A stretch of DNA of 64,000 nt, taken from Escherichia phage A4. Where the stretch lies: sequence record ON286972. One strand, written 5' to 3'. Below the pieces are notes generated by a model. That model worked only from the letters and a program-made list of their open reading frames with translations. It made no database searches and was not told the DNA's origin. Positions 10,933 to 24,211 of the stretch are shown here, piece after piece; position 1 is the first letter of the stretch, and the number at the start of each line of letters is the position of its first letter. The translations under genes were made by a program, and so were the position numbers.

Positions 10933-11221
10933 ACATGAAGTTCTAGTTTTTGATAATAAGTTCTATGTACCAACATGTGGAAGTACTGAATCATATTATC
11001 TAATTAATAATATCATGTCAGCAACCCAAACGTGTTGCCGTCAACGTCCAGGTGAGTACGAGTTCAGCCAGACTATCGGGTATTACCGTTATACTGAGTT
11101 GGAAAGTTTCACAATTGATTCTAAAAAAGTTATTGACGTTCTTATCAGTAACGGTTACAATGAACAAGAATCAAATAACACTGATTTACCTGTAGTTGAG
11201 ATTGTTCTAAAAAATTCTTAA
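10925..11221 (+). CDS. hypothetical protein (98 aa)
   Basis: ORF track. Confidence 0.5.
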   Translation: MNKHEVLVFDNKFYVPTCGSTESYYLINNIMSATQTCCRQRPGEYEFSQTIGYYRYTELESFTIDSKKVIDVLISNGYNEQESNNTDLPVVEIVLKNS

Positions 11222-11340
11222 GAAGTTGTGGAACAATTTCGAATCCAATGATATAATGTTTTCATCGGCAGATGTTAAAATGCAAATCACTTCCTCAATG
11301 ATTGAGGGTTCTATAAAAAAGAAATAAAAGGGTATTAACA

Positions 11341-11550
11341 ATGGCACAAGAAATTAAAGCACAAGTACTAGACGTAACTGATTTTGACCGCACTGTAAAC
11401 TACATTCAGTTCCAAATTCACCAAGCGGAAGAAGCACTTGCTCAATTCCACGGTACTGGTGCTAAGCCAATCATGTTCGCTCATCTCATCACTTGGAAGA
11501 AAAATCTCCAAGAAGAACTACACGAACTGCGTAAAGCAAATCGTAAGTAA
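11341..11550 (+). CDS. hypothetical protein (69 aa)
   Basis: ORF track; AAAGGG RBS. Confidence 0.5.
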   Translation: MAQEIKAQVLDVTDFDRTVNYIQFQIHQAEEALAQFHGTGAKPIMFAHLITWKKNLQEELHELRKANRK

Positions 11551-11561
11551 TTAGGGTTTAT

Positions 11562-11589
11562 GCCCTGTCCATATGGATGGGGCTTTTTA
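11562..11589 (+). terminator. intrinsic terminator
   Basis: GCCCTGTCCATATGGATGGGGC hairpin then TTTTT. Confidence 0.5.
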
Positions 11590-11615
11590 ATCAAAAGTAT
11601 AGAGGAAAAAAGAAA

Positions 11616-12155
11616 ATGGGTGTAGAATATTATTTTTTATTTGGATGCCTTAGTGTTCTGGTGTTGATAACAGTAGGATTAATTATTAATACATGCATAA
11701 GTGGTTCTAAATATTTTCGTTCTTTCCAGTTTCTTATGTCAGCTATGTCATATAATAAAGAAGCTGATACAGCCATTAATCTATTACTAGATAAGACTGA
11801 AGCTGGAATACTTATTGCGAAATTATCACCATCTGATGACACGATTATGTTTGTCAATCCAAACGATGAAGAAACAACACTTGTAGCAAATCAATATCGC
11901 ACTAGTCATGCAGATCCACGTTATGTTAAAGTTCTTAATTCAGAAGGTGAAATCTGGATTGGTTCTAAATACTATGCTTATGGATACATCCATCGTTACT
12001 ACGGTCAACGAAAGGAAGAATTTTATAAGAAACGTCCAAGTTTAAATACATTTAAACGTATTCTAAAACTTGAACACGAGTTAAAGAAACCAAGTTCAGA
12101 AAACGCAGCACCAAATCATGTGCATAAGCGTGATAGTGATATCGTGGAGTTATAA
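11616..12155 (+). CDS. membrane-anchored hypothetical protein (179 aa)
   Basis: Track ORF 11577..12155 trimmed to ATG 11616 after AGAGGA RBS; N-terminal TM helix. Confidence 0.5.
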   Translation: MGVEYYFLFGCLSVLVLITVGLIINTCISGSKYFRSFQFLMSAMSYNKEADTAINLLLDKTEAGILIAKLSPSDDTIMFVNPNDEETTLVANQYRTSHADPRYVKVLNSEGEIWIGSKYYAYGYIHRYYGQRKEEFYKKRPSLNTFKRILKLEHELKKPSSENAAPNHVHKRDSDIVEL

Positions 12156-12451
12156 TGTCACCAGATGAAGCAAGTAAAGTCCTCGTTGAAGTTCAAAATC
12201 GACTTCTACACGTAATGGACGCAGTAAAAGATTTACCACAAGGATATCAGTATAAGGTTCGCGAAATGCTTTCTTGTGCTGAAACCGTAGTCTCGATGTA
12301 TTGTGATGTTCAACACGGAATTATCCCTGAAGTTCTGAAGAAAGATGTAACAGAAGAACGAGAAATCCCTGAAGAAGTTCAGGTAACACAAGTTGTTAAA
12401 CAAAAAACAATCCTTGATATTAGTGATATCAATCTAGACTTAGGAGATTAA
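12155..12451 (+). CDS. hypothetical protein (98 aa)
   Basis: ORF track. Confidence 0.5.
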   Translation: MSPDEASKVLVEVQNRLLHVMDAVKDLPQGYQYKVREMLSCAETVVSMYCDVQHGIIPEVLKKDVTEEREIPEEVQVTQVVKQKTILDISDINLDLGD

Positions 12452-12453
12452 AA

Positions 12454-12597
12454 ATGAGTTCACAGAAAGTTGATTTGGTTTTAAAACTCCAAGAGATTCA
12501 AGCACTTGCAAAAAATCTCGATGAAAAAAGTACTAAAATGGTAGACGACCTCTGTGCATCTATTTTAGTAGTGTTTGCTGAAGCAGAAAAGAAATAA
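12454..12597 (+). CDS. small hypothetical protein (47 aa)
   Basis: Not in track; TAGGAG RBS upstream of ATG 12454. Confidence 0.35.
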   Translation: MSSQKVDLVLKLQEIQALAKNLDEKSTKMVDDLCASILVVFAEAEKK

Positions 12598-12606
12598 AAT
12601 ATATTA

Positions 12607-12636
12607 CCCAGTACTTAGATACTGGGTATTTTTTTA
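12607..12636 (+). terminator. intrinsic terminator
   Basis: CCCAGTA-CTTAGA-TACTGGG hairpin then TATTTTTTT. Confidence 0.55.
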
Positions 12637-12646
12637 AGGAAAATTC

Positions 12647-13039
12647 ATGACTGATACTGACTTACAAAAACTCATTGATTACATCTATGAAATGGTTCAA
12701 GATAAAAACAATATAAATTACATAGCTTCCGGCTCAAAACCAATTGGAAATGTAATGACATATTCTTTGTCTTTGTGGTTACATCAGTACTATAAGGTTG
12801 ATTGTGTGTATTATCGCCCAGATATCAATGCATTTTATTTTGTGAACCCAGCAGTATTGTTTGACCGAACAAAGAAGCTTCCAGATGATGAATCATTTAT
12901 ACCTAGTCCATTCTATGTATCCGAATCAGACGAAGACGAGTTCCAAAAAAATACTTCTTTAGAGCGTGATGCGGGATGTATCCCTTATAAACTCAAAGAT
13001 AAAATTGATTTCATTGTAGAAGTTATGAAAACATGTTGA
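12647..13039 (+). CDS. hypothetical protein, degenerate FQ-family member
   Basis: ORF track; SESDEDEFQKNT near C-terminus. Confidence 0.5.
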   Translation: MTDTDLQKLIDYIYEMVQDKNNINYIASGSKPIGNVMTYSLSLWLHQYYKVDCVYYRPDINAFYFVNPAVLFDRTKKLPDDESFIPSPFYVSESDEDEFQKNTSLERDAGCIPYKLKDKIDFIVEVMKTC

Positions 13040-13065
13040 TAAGTACAGTGAAACTCTGATATAAT
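13036..13065 (+). promoter_or_regulatory. sigma70-type promoter
   Basis: TTGATA-N18-TATAAT. Confidence 0.4.
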
Positions 13066-13089
13066 ACTATGACTTACTAAGGAGAACAT

Positions 13090-13659
13090 ATGAACTTTAT
13101 TAAATTCAACACATATGAGTCAGAAGCATACTTTAATACAAATAATAAATTTAATATTATTCTTAAAGACGGAACGGTTGTTATCGGAGTATCATTGCTT
13201 TCATTTGATGGCGAAAAACTCAAAACTGTTTATAAATTCACCAATCTTGATGGTGATTACTGGGATACGTCAGATGTATCTAAAATTTGCACACATTATG
13301 TATTTGAATCTATTGAAGTTGGTGATGGCTGGGCATTGACCTGTAATGGTAATAAAGTATTTTCTGGTAACATATTTGGAGTAATTTCCAGTAAAGAAAT
13401 CGTAGACCATCATCTTCATGTTCTCAATAATAACGCCAACACTTATACACCTGATAATATCAAAATTCACGATATTGTAACATACACTGATTATAATGGT
13501 TTCAGACATAAAGCAATCGTAACTGAAGTTAAAAAACCAAAAAATTATTTCGACCACGGTTTAATTGAAGTATATATGGTAGGTGGCGAAAAACAATACT
13601 TTGATCATTTCACTTATACTGGTTGGGATAGATTCCTAACCGTTATTGAGGAATACTAA
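13090..13659 (+). CDS. hypothetical protein (189 aa)
   Basis: ORF track; AAGGAG RBS. Confidence 0.55.
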   Translation: MNFIKFNTYESEAYFNTNNKFNIILKDGTVVIGVSLLSFDGEKLKTVYKFTNLDGDYWDTSDVSKICTHYVFESIEVGDGWALTCNGNKVFSGNIFGVISSKEIVDHHLHVLNNNANTYTPDNIKIHDIVTYTDYNGFRHKAIVTEVKKPKNYFDHGLIEVYMVGGEKQYFDHFTYTGWDRFLTVIEEY

Positions 13660-13660
13660 C

Positions 13661-14137
13661 ATGCCGATTCGTGGTGTGCCAGAACCATTAAGTGAAGTTC
13701 TTAAGAATGTCAATGTTGGAACACGAGAAGTTAATCAGCGACGTGGTAATATATATTACTTTAAAACTACAGGAATGAGTTCTATACAGGTTGTTATTGG
13801 CACATCTATTACGGTCACGCGTGTTCTTGATGGTAGTACTGACTTCGTTGGATACAATGTACTTACTAATAAAGTAACACATACATATAAATGGAGTGGT
13901 TATAAAACCATCACATATGAGTTTGACTTAGCTAGAACTGAAGAAGAACGATTTATGTTGAGTACTATTAATCCAGCAAACTATCCTGACCTTGATGCAT
14001 TTTTGCTAATTTTAAAATTGTATAATGAAGCAAATGAGAAAGCTAAAGAGTATGATAGAATCATGTATGAACGTAGAAAAGAACGTTCTCAAAAAAGTTA
14101 TGATCTGTATGAAAGTTACATTCATAGATCCAAATGA
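13661..14137 (+). CDS. hypothetical protein, degenerate FQ-family member
   Basis: Track ORF 13646..14137 (TTG) trimmed to ATG 13661 after GAGGAA; TEEERFMLST. Confidence 0.5.
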   Translation: MPIRGVPEPLSEVLKNVNVGTREVNQRRGNIYYFKTTGMSSIQVVIGTSITVTRVLDGSTDFVGYNVLTNKVTHTYKWSGYKTITYEFDLARTEEERFMLSTINPANYPDLDAFLLILKLYNEANEKAKEYDRIMYERRKERSQKSYDLYESYIHRSK

Positions 14138-14175
14138 AATAAATAGTTACCTATAGATTAATCTAAGGAGTAACT

Positions 14176-14526
14176 ATGTTTAAAAGTAATCTTAAAGTAG
14201 AATTAATTAATAACGAAGGTCAACGTTGGAAAGTTCTAGAAGATCTAGAATACGAGTATAACGGTATTAAAATTGTTGTTCCCGCAGGTTTCAAAACTGA
14301 TTTTGCAAGCGTCCCACGTATTCGTGGTATATTTGAACTAGTCGGTAATATGGGTCACGCCGCAGCAACAATACATGACTACTTGTATAGTACTGGTATG
14401 CTATCCCGTAAAGATAGTGATAAGGTGCTACTACAGGCTCTACGTGCTACTGAAGTTGGTAAGCCACGTAGTATGATTATGTATGCTGGTGTTCGTGTAT
14501 TCGGTTGGTTGTTTTACAAAAAATAA
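14176..14526 (+). CDS. hypothetical protein (116 aa)
   Basis: ORF track; AAGGAG RBS. Confidence 0.55.
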   Translation: MFKSNLKVELINNEGQRWKVLEDLEYEYNGIKIVVPAGFKTDFASVPRIRGIFELVGNMGHAAATIHDYLYSTGMLSRKDSDKVLLQALRATEVGKPRSMIMYAGVRVFGWLFYKK

Positions 14527-14536
14527 AACTATTTAT

Positions 14537-14565
14537 GAGTACTGCTTGCAGTACTCATATTTTTA
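14537..14565 (+). terminator. intrinsic terminator
   Basis: GAGTACTG-CTTG-CAGTACTC perfect 8-bp hairpin then ATATTTTT. Confidence 0.5.
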
Positions 14566-14578
14566 CTCCGAGGTACAT

Positions 14579-14794
14579 ATGAAAGTTATTATTAATCCAG
14601 CATCAAACTTTTTTGGTGAGGTTTTCGGTGCAGACAGTATTGTGCATAATTTTCCACGAATTGAAATCGACGGAATTGAAGTCCAACGATATGGCAACCT
14701 GTACTATGTAATAGATGAAAATGGTTCTATTGTACACGACAGTGCATTCTTTACTGAAGAAGAGATGAAACACTTGATAGTACTGGACAAATAA
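14579..14794 (+). CDS. hypothetical protein (71 aa)
   Basis: Track ORF 14483..14794 trimmed to ATG 14579 (MKVIINP...). Confidence 0.45.
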   Translation: MKVIINPASNFFGEVFGADSIVHNFPRIEIDGIEVQRYGNLYYVIDENGSIVHDSAFFTEEEMKHLIVLDK

Positions 14795-14795
14795 A

Positions 14796-14981
14796 ATGAC
14801 ACTAGATGAATGGCATAAAAGAAACGATAAACTGTATGAAAATGATATTTTCTTCTTCGCATTCGGTGGTCTTGGAAGTATTTTACGTGATAGTGATGAT
14901 TATTACAATTCGATCATTAGCTATTATGATTGCTATGGGACTATGTACGCTATAGCACGAACAACGGGATGTTACACATGA
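14796..14981 (+). CDS. MTxxEW mini-protein family member
   Basis: ORF track; N-terminus MTLDEWHKRN related to four downstream paralogs. Confidence 0.45.
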   Translation: MTLDEWHKRNDKLYENDIFFFAFGGLGSILRDSDDYYNSIISYYDCYGTMYAIARTTGCYT

Positions 14982-15160
14982 CACATCAAGAATGGTTAGA
15001 TGAATTAAAATTCAAACATGATCATTTTGGCTTTGGTGTACGCCAGGGTCATTATGATATTTTAAAAGATAAGAACAAGTTCAAATCATTTGTCTTGGAT
15101 GAGGATAGTAATCGCTGGTTCATCTATGAGCTTGCGGTTAGAGGTAAAAAAATTGACTAG
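14978..15160 (+). CDS. MTHxEWL mini-protein family member (60 aa)
   Basis: Track ORF 14930..15160 trimmed to ATGACACATCAAGAATGG start; ATGA overlap. Confidence 0.5.
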   Translation: MTHQEWLDELKFKHDHFGFGVRQGHYDILKDKNKFKSFVLDEDSNRWFIYELAVRGKKID

Positions 15161-15205
15161 TACTGATATATATGCTATTCTTTTGTTTTAAACAGGAGTT
15201 CAATA

Positions 15206-15705
15206 ATGCTCATTACGCATGTACCGGAAAGTATTACTGAAATTTTAAATAAAATTAATGTTAATGAGTTTGAACGAACAGTTCGAAAACAGGGTACTTA
15301 TCACTATAAGCACAAAGATGGTGATCATCAAATAAGCTTAGATCAGAATTATCAAACTCTAACAATTAAAATGGTTACTCGTTGGAATTTTGTTCGTAAA
15401 GACACTATTATCTGTGATTTTGGTAAAAGTCTACTTAGAAAATGTTTCTCTGAAACAAATGGTATCTATCCAAACCCGAATAGAATTTTTACATATCGAT
15501 ACATCACAGATGAAGATGCACATTTCCAAGAGAGCTTGGTATGCGATAATAAGTACTTTCCCGCATTTTCTGATAATTTGAAATTAAAAGAACTATATGA
15601 CTATTTCTTGAATGACAATATCCTGTGGGATGAAGAATTAAAAAAACGACAGATAGAACGTGAAAAGAAAAAAGTATGGACTGGCTCACATTGGATGCAA
15701 CGTAA

Positions 15706-15709
<4 letters not shown>
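15206..15709 (+). CDS. FQ-motif paralog family protein
   Basis: ORF track; DEDAHFQESL. Confidence 0.55.
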
Positions 15710-16199
<490 letters not shown>

Positions 16200-16216
16200 T
16201 AATTAAAGGTTAAACC

Positions 16217-16595
<379 letters not shown>

Positions 16596-16596
16596 C

Positions 16597-17611
<1,015 letters not shown>

Positions 17612-17614
17612 TTC

Positions 17615-17770
<156 letters not shown>

Positions 17771-17798
17771 CAAAACGAAATGATAATAGGAAATTAAA

Positions 17799-17984
17799 AT
17801 GCAACTTTTAATTCTTTCAATATTGTATATTATTATAATGGTTCCTATATCAATACGTTTAATTATACTTGAACGATTTTTATCGAAACATGGAAATAGA
17901 TCTATGATATTTGTACCAATCGGGCTTATATTGTTTGGTATATTTGCATTTATAATGGGAATTAACGCTACATTCATTTCATAG
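17799..17984 (+). CDS. small membrane protein (61 aa)
   Basis: ORF track; two hydrophobic helices. Confidence 0.45.
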   Translation: MQLLILSILYIIIMVPISIRLIILERFLSKHGNRSMIFVPIGLILFGIFAFIMGINATFIS

Positions 17985-17993
17985 GAAACAAAT

Positions 17994-18475
<482 letters not shown>

Positions 18476-18482
18476 AAGAACG

Positions 18483-18515
<33 letters not shown>

Positions 18516-18516
18516 C

Positions 18517-18572
<56 letters not shown>

Positions 18573-18573
18573 T

Positions 18574-18780
<207 letters not shown>

Positions 18781-18874
18781 GGTTCAAGAAGAAAACTGGG
18801 GTTTTTAACCTAACGAGGTCAATATGAAAGTAAGTAAAGAAACAGCTAAACAGATTGAAGAACTCTGCACTGCT

Positions 18875-18913
<39 letters not shown>

Positions 18914-18914
18914 A

Positions 18915-18966
<52 letters not shown>

Positions 18967-18967
18967 A

Positions 18968-19098
<131 letters not shown>

Positions 19099-19099
19099 T

Positions 19100-19534
<435 letters not shown>

Positions 19535-19542
<8 letters not shown>

Positions 19543-19906
19543 TCTAATAGTACGTATAATGCAAGATGTTCGAAAGAACCTTTATACAGGCAATTTTGAC
19601 GATTCGAACATTAAACTATTATGTTATGATGGTTTTACCTTGGTACATCCATCTGAATCAAATAATATATACATATCATATACTTCCAAAAATCAATTAT
19701 ATCAATTATATCAATTTGATATATATAGCACAATGGCTAAAATAACTTTGGACGTATCCAAGCAGCCTATCCTTATCGCTGTACCAGAATGCAATTACAC
19801 TGAAGAATCACTGTTTCAGTACTCAATGATAAATGACATTGGCGACTTGACATTAGAAGAGATTAACGCTATACTAGATGTATCACGTTTGATTAATGCC
19901 TACTAA
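19535..19906 (+). CDS. FQ-motif paralog family protein
   Basis: ORF track; TEESLFQYSM. Confidence 0.55.
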
Positions 19907-19919
19907 TTTGGAGATTAAT

Positions 19920-20111
19920 ATGTTCTGGAATTTGTTATGTCTTTTTGGTCGTACCTTTGTTCTTGCAATTATCCATACACCAGGTATTCGTAATTTTGTT
20001 TCTTATGAATTTAAGAAAAATTATCACAACAATACTGAAGTTCGTGCCACTAAAATGTGCAAAGACTTCAATGTAACAGTACCACCATTTAAGAAGTACG
20101 AGGATGAATAA
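19920..20111 (+). CDS. small membrane protein (63 aa)
   Basis: Track ORF 19896..20111 trimmed to ATG 19920 after GGAG RBS. Confidence 0.45.
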   Translation: MFWNLLCLFGRTFVLAIIHTPGIRNFVSYEFKKNYHNNTEVRATKMCKDFNVTVPPFKKYEDE

Positions 20112-20389
20112 TGGAATTCATTGTAGCTCCTGAAGAACTCAAGACCTTTAAGTTCAAAGATAATTATACGTATTCAAATCATTCCTTGAATTCAATTCAT
20201 GTAATTGCAATGGTTGCATCTGAATATAAAGATAACCCGTGTATTGATTTTAAAACCACTGATGGTGAATATACATGGGTGATCCCACGAGATAAATATA
20301 GTTATCAAGGGGCAGTAGAAATTCGTGACTCGATTCTAAAACAAATCGAAGATGGACATACTCATCCTAAACTAAACATTCAGTACTGA
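20111..20389 (+). CDS. hypothetical protein (92 aa)
   Basis: ORF track; ATGA overlap. Confidence 0.5.
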   Translation: MEFIVAPEELKTFKFKDNYTYSNHSLNSIHVIAMVASEYKDNPCIDFKTTDGEYTWVIPRDKYSYQGAVEIRDSILKQIEDGHTHPKLNIQY

Positions 20390-20639
20390 AAATGTTATAC
20401 CGATAGCTTCTGGAGCAGTACTGAATCCTCCTTTTTCTTTCAGAAGCTATCACATATTTTGTCGTAAAATGGTACTGTGAGTGGTTTGTCTTTCCATTCT
20501 CTCCAGGTCCAGTACCTATCATTGTAGTTCTGGAGAGATATAACATGTATAATGTTTTTTACCTCCTGTTTATCATTATATATGTCACTAAACGAGTAAT
20601 AACTACCCTCCCTCTAGGTTATTACTTTTGATTTTGGTA

Positions 20640-20668
20640 TTGACTTTCAATGCCGCAAATGTTATACT
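20640..20668 (+). promoter_or_regulatory. sigma70-type promoter
   Basis: TTGACT-N17-TATACT. Confidence 0.5.
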
Positions 20669-20671
20669 TAA

Positions 20672-20700
20672 GGCTGATTCAAATTGAATCGGCCTTTTTT
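20672..20700 (+). terminator. intrinsic terminator-like hairpin between promoter and gene
   Basis: GGCTGATTCAA-AAT-TTGAATCGGCC 10-bp stem then TTTTTTCTTTTT. Confidence 0.45.
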
Positions 20701-20718
20701 CTTTTTAAGGAGAACACC

Positions 20719-21114
20719 ATGAATTTGGTTGTAGAAGACGATATCTTTTCCGATGCTATTGAGTATATGTACAATCTTGTTAGACTTAATGAATTTGTAC
20801 AACGTCATACATTGACACATAAGGATGGGATTATTACTGTTGGTGCATACATTAATGGATACTTAACCGAGTTTTACAATTGTGATAACATTTTTATAAC
20901 CATTGATAACATCACTACGACTAATGACATATCCATTGATTTATTCAAAGATCATATTGAAATTGATATAGACAAGATGATTGCCATCGATATCGATCCT
21001 GTAATGTATGAGTTACAAGAAGAAATGTATGAGCAATTATGCTTTGTGTATGATTTGAGTAAAATTTCATTCTTTGACTTACGCAGAATCTGTTACGTAG
21101 TAGGTAAGTTATGA
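20719..21114 (+). CDS. hypothetical acidic protein (131 aa)
   Basis: Track ORF 20650..21114 trimmed to ATG 20719 after AAGGAG RBS. Confidence 0.5.
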   Translation: MNLVVEDDIFSDAIEYMYNLVRLNEFVQRHTLTHKDGIITVGAYINGYLTEFYNCDNIFITIDNITTTNDISIDLFKDHIEIDIDKMIAIDIDPVMYELQEEMYEQLCFVYDLSKISFFDLRRICYVVGKL

Positions 21115-21584
21115 CAAATATACGTGATGTATTAATGCAGTACGGTATCAGTGCTGAAATGCTTTCAGATGAAATTATTAAAAACTCTAAGATAGAATTT
21201 ATGTTTAATAGACACCGTTATCCAGGTGTTTATATTAATCGATCCTGTTCATTAATTTACTTTGAATACATGGATGAATATGTTATCATTGAAGAAATCA
21301 AACTCAATGGATGGCACTGTACAATTGAGTTAACGAAACCAAGAACCAAGAACAAAATAGTGATTAGTATTAATATCTATTACGATATTAGTACTGAAGA
21401 TGGAGCCTCACACTTTGTTCGAGTTTTGTCATCTGATGATAATTTAAAGTTAGATTATAAATCAGAAGAAGAATACTTTCAGGAAAGTTTAATCAATGAT
21501 TTAGTTTTTGATTATAACTTTTATAAAGAACTATCAAAAAACTTCGTTGAATGTATCAAACTATATGAGGAAGAGGACGAATGA
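21111..21584 (+). CDS. FQ-motif paralog family protein
   Basis: ORF track; SEEEYFQESL. Confidence 0.55.
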   Translation: MTNIRDVLMQYGISAEMLSDEIIKNSKIEFMFNRHRYPGVYINRSCSLIYFEYMDEYVIIEEIKLNGWHCTIELTKPRTKNKIVISINIYYDISTEDGASHFVRVLSSDDNLKLDYKSEEEYFQESLINDLVFDYNFYKELSKNFVECIKLYEEEDE

Positions 21585-22000
21585 AAAATTATAAGTTAAG
21601 TACAGAATACAATGAAATGATCATCAATGCACTTGATAATCATGGTGAGTTTCGTTATCCAGGTGAAGGATTGAACGTTTACTTCGGAGATGAAAACTGG
21701 TGCTATCTGAATAATGGTGTTCTGACTATCCATATTCAGGATATTAAAAGTGATGTATCATTTGGAATTCACCTAGTTCCCGGTACATTGGTTAATGACG
21801 CACGTATCAATGTTATTGTCAATGAGAACGAATTCTTTCATGATGATTTTGAAGATGTTAAAATGGCAGCTAGTAAGTTGTATACTACTGAAGAAGAGTA
21901 CTTTCAGGATAGCACTGTGAAAGATATGCGAATCCCTTATGAGTTGATGGTTTCAGTACAGAAATTTATTGAGGATTTCAGATGCGATTTGATCAAGTAG
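21581..22000 (+). CDS. FQ-motif paralog family protein
   Basis: ORF track; TEEEYFQDST. Confidence 0.55.
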   Translation: MKNYKLSTEYNEMIINALDNHGEFRYPGEGLNVYFGDENWCYLNNGVLTIHIQDIKSDVSFGIHLVPGTLVNDARINVIVNENEFFHDDFEDVKMAASKLYTTEEEYFQDSTVKDMRIPYELMVSVQKFIEDFRCDLIK

Positions 22001-22449
22001 TTAATCGTGAGTACTTGGGTCGTATGGTGGGTGCTGCAATTGACATGATGGTAAAAAAGATGTGCCGTTATCATCCATCACAATGGAATGCTTCATATAG
22101 CATTGAGATATATGCATATAAACTTCATGGGGCTGCAACTTCATTTGAGAAAATTCACTCATTGAGGCTTCACATGTACAGGGGAACCGAACGTACATAC
22201 ACTGTAATTGTGAATTCCGGTGGTGTTACATTACATTTAACACCATTTAATGCTGTTAATTTGGATTTAAGTTCAGTTATTGAGAGCACAGAAATCTGTC
22301 ACATTGAAGTTGGTGCTAATTATCATCCATTAACCGAAGAACAGTACTTCCAGATTCAAACTCTACATGATATCCATGACTTGACATATGAAGAAATTCG
22401 TGATTTAATAAGATTAAGTGCAATGATTCCAAATAAGGGTACAGTGTGA
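21982..22449 (+). CDS. FQ-motif paralog family protein
   Basis: ORF track; TEEQYFQIQT. Confidence 0.55.
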   Translation: MRFDQVVNREYLGRMVGAAIDMMVKKMCRYHPSQWNASYSIEIYAYKLHGAATSFEKIHSLRLHMYRGTERTYTVIVNSGGVTLHLTPFNAVNLDLSSVIESTEICHIEVGANYHPLTEEQYFQIQTLHDIHDLTYEEIRDLIRLSAMIPNKGTV

Positions 22450-22552
22450 ACGACCACATAACTGTCTGATTTGAATGGGTTGACATTTAACCAATGTAAA
22501 AGAATTGTTTCTATATGTAATCGAATTACATATGAGTACACGGAGATATAAA

Positions 22553-22999
22553 ATGGCATTTGGTAACATTGAAGAAGTACAACTAGTATTTGAAAACTGT
22601 GAAGTTCAAAACTTCAAGTTCACTGACATTCTGTACATGTATGTTGGTGATGAATCGCAACGTGCATATCGTTATGCTAATGGTTTGTCAATTGAATCAG
22701 TACTGAAGAAGTTTGCTATTGTCTTTAAGAAAGACACGGAGGCTGATTTTTACAACGGAACTTCATTGGTAGATCGCCTGTCAGAGCGTGATGTTACTCA
22801 TGTTGTGTTCTTCGGTGCAAATGACAAAATGGCATCATATGTCATTGACTGGGGTGAATATGATTCATGTAATATGCAGTACTCAATCAATCAGAGGTTG
22901 CAATTTACACCTGATGGACATATCATCTTCACAAGCAGTACAGAAGATATGATTAAGATTGATGCAGAAGAGATTGATTCTTTTGCGAGGTACATGTAA
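22553..22999 (+). CDS. hypothetical protein (148 aa)
   Basis: Track ORF 22505..22999 trimmed to ATG 22553 after GGAG RBS. Confidence 0.5.
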   Translation: MAFGNIEEVQLVFENCEVQNFKFTDILYMYVGDESQRAYRYANGLSIESVLKKFAIVFKKDTEADFYNGTSLVDRLSERDVTHVVFFGANDKMASYVIDWGEYDSCNMQYSINQRLQFTPDGHIIFTSSTEDMIKIDAEEIDSFARYM

Positions 23000-23463
23000 T
23001 GCGTCCAGTACTGAAAGATATTAAATCCAGGAAATATTTTCCTGGGTTTATGGAGTACATCATTGGGTTAGCTGAATCCAAGACTGGACAGAAAGTTGAT
23101 ATCCAACTCGGTGATGTACTGATTTGTGCAAGATCTTATCGTAATAATTTCATGGACATTTTTGAAAGATCCAATTCGATTCTTGCCTCTCTTGATTTAG
23201 AGGGCTATTTAAATGCTAAATTCGTATTGGATATATACAGTCATGGGTTTTCAATAAGACCTTATAATTCACATTACAATGATGATCCCAAAAACTTCTT
23301 TGTGCATGTAGAAAATGTTGACCAATTCACTGACCTTAGTGATGAAAGTTACTTTCAGATGCAGGTGGCATATGACCTACAGGACTTGACACGTCAAGAA
23401 ATCAATGCTATCCTCTATGTATGTTCTAAATTGAAAGAAAATGAGGTAAGCGGTCGTGTCTAA
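22999..23463 (+). CDS. FQ-motif paralog family protein
   Basis: ORF track; DESYFQMQVA. Confidence 0.55.
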   Translation: MRPVLKDIKSRKYFPGFMEYIIGLAESKTGQKVDIQLGDVLICARSYRNNFMDIFERSNSILASLDLEGYLNAKFVLDIYSHGFSIRPYNSHYNDDPKNFFVHVENVDQFTDLSDESYFQMQVAYDLQDLTRQEINAILYVCSKLKENEVSGRV

Positions 23464-23884
23464 TACAGCAAAGATTAAAGTTCATTTTCGTGACACATGG
23501 AAAGACGTAGATACTGGTAACGTACTAAATGTAGAATACAGTACAGAAACAGTTCATGCCGATGATATGGGAACGGCTAAAGCTCAAGCACAGAAACTGA
23601 AAGAAACCGAAGGTGTTGCCATTTTTGAAGGTGTTGAGCATACTCGTGAATGTATCAATGTAGATGTGATTACTGAAAATGTCACAGTACTATCAAAGGA
23701 ACAGATGTTTGATTTCATTTTAAATCACACTGTATCTATTACACCAGACAACACACTTTGGACCAAAACTGATGGCACAAAGGTACGTAATAAGTACAAA
23801 GTTATAATTGATGGTATTAACTATCAGGGTTATGACCTGGTAGATGCAATAAATGAACATACTAGTAAGAGTAGAGGTTATTGA
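23456..23884 (+). CDS. hypothetical protein (GTG start)
   Basis: ORF track. Confidence 0.5.
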   Translation: MSNTAKIKVHFRDTWKDVDTGNVLNVEYSTETVHADDMGTAKAQAQKLKETEGVAIFEGVEHTRECINVDVITENVTVLSKEQMFDFILNHTVSITPDNTLWTKTDGTKVRNKYKVIIDGINYQGYDLVDAINEHTSKSRGY

Positions 23885-23887
23885 AAA

Positions 23888-24211
23888 ATGTATGCTATAA
23901 TTATCACTGTAATTTGTTGTGCTACTATAATCATCTGCCGTTGTATTGAAAAGAATGCACACATTCGTGGTATGGAAATTGAAAAAGACCTATATACTGA
24001 AAACATAGCAGAAAAGAAACCACAATCTCCATATAAACTTCAGAGAGATATGCATAATGAGTCAAAAACATGGGGTTATTGCATTACTCAAAACGGTAGT
24101 CGTCTAACATCAAGTTCTGGACATTATCAAATCATCCATAACATTGATGAAGCAAAAGAACTTGTTTGGGAACTAGAGGATCTTGGTGGCTATGAAAGAA
24201 CGAAATTTTGA
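23888..24211 (+). CDS. hypothetical protein with N-terminal TM or signal segment
   Basis: ORF track; hydrophobic N-terminus MYAIIITVICCATIIICRC. Confidence 0.45.
   Translation: MYAIIITVICCATIIICRCIEKNAHIRGMEIEKDLYTENIAEKKPQSPYKLQRDMHNESKTWGYCITQNGSRLTSSSGHYQIIHNIDEAKELVWELEDLGGYERTKF

Noticed and set aside
20370-20546. Roughly 58-aa minus-strand ORF across the hairpin-rich intergenic region
   Set aside because: Its only AGGAGG is about 15 nt from the ATG (too far); sequence is dominated by inverted repeats, so the open frame is probably a by-product of the palindromes.
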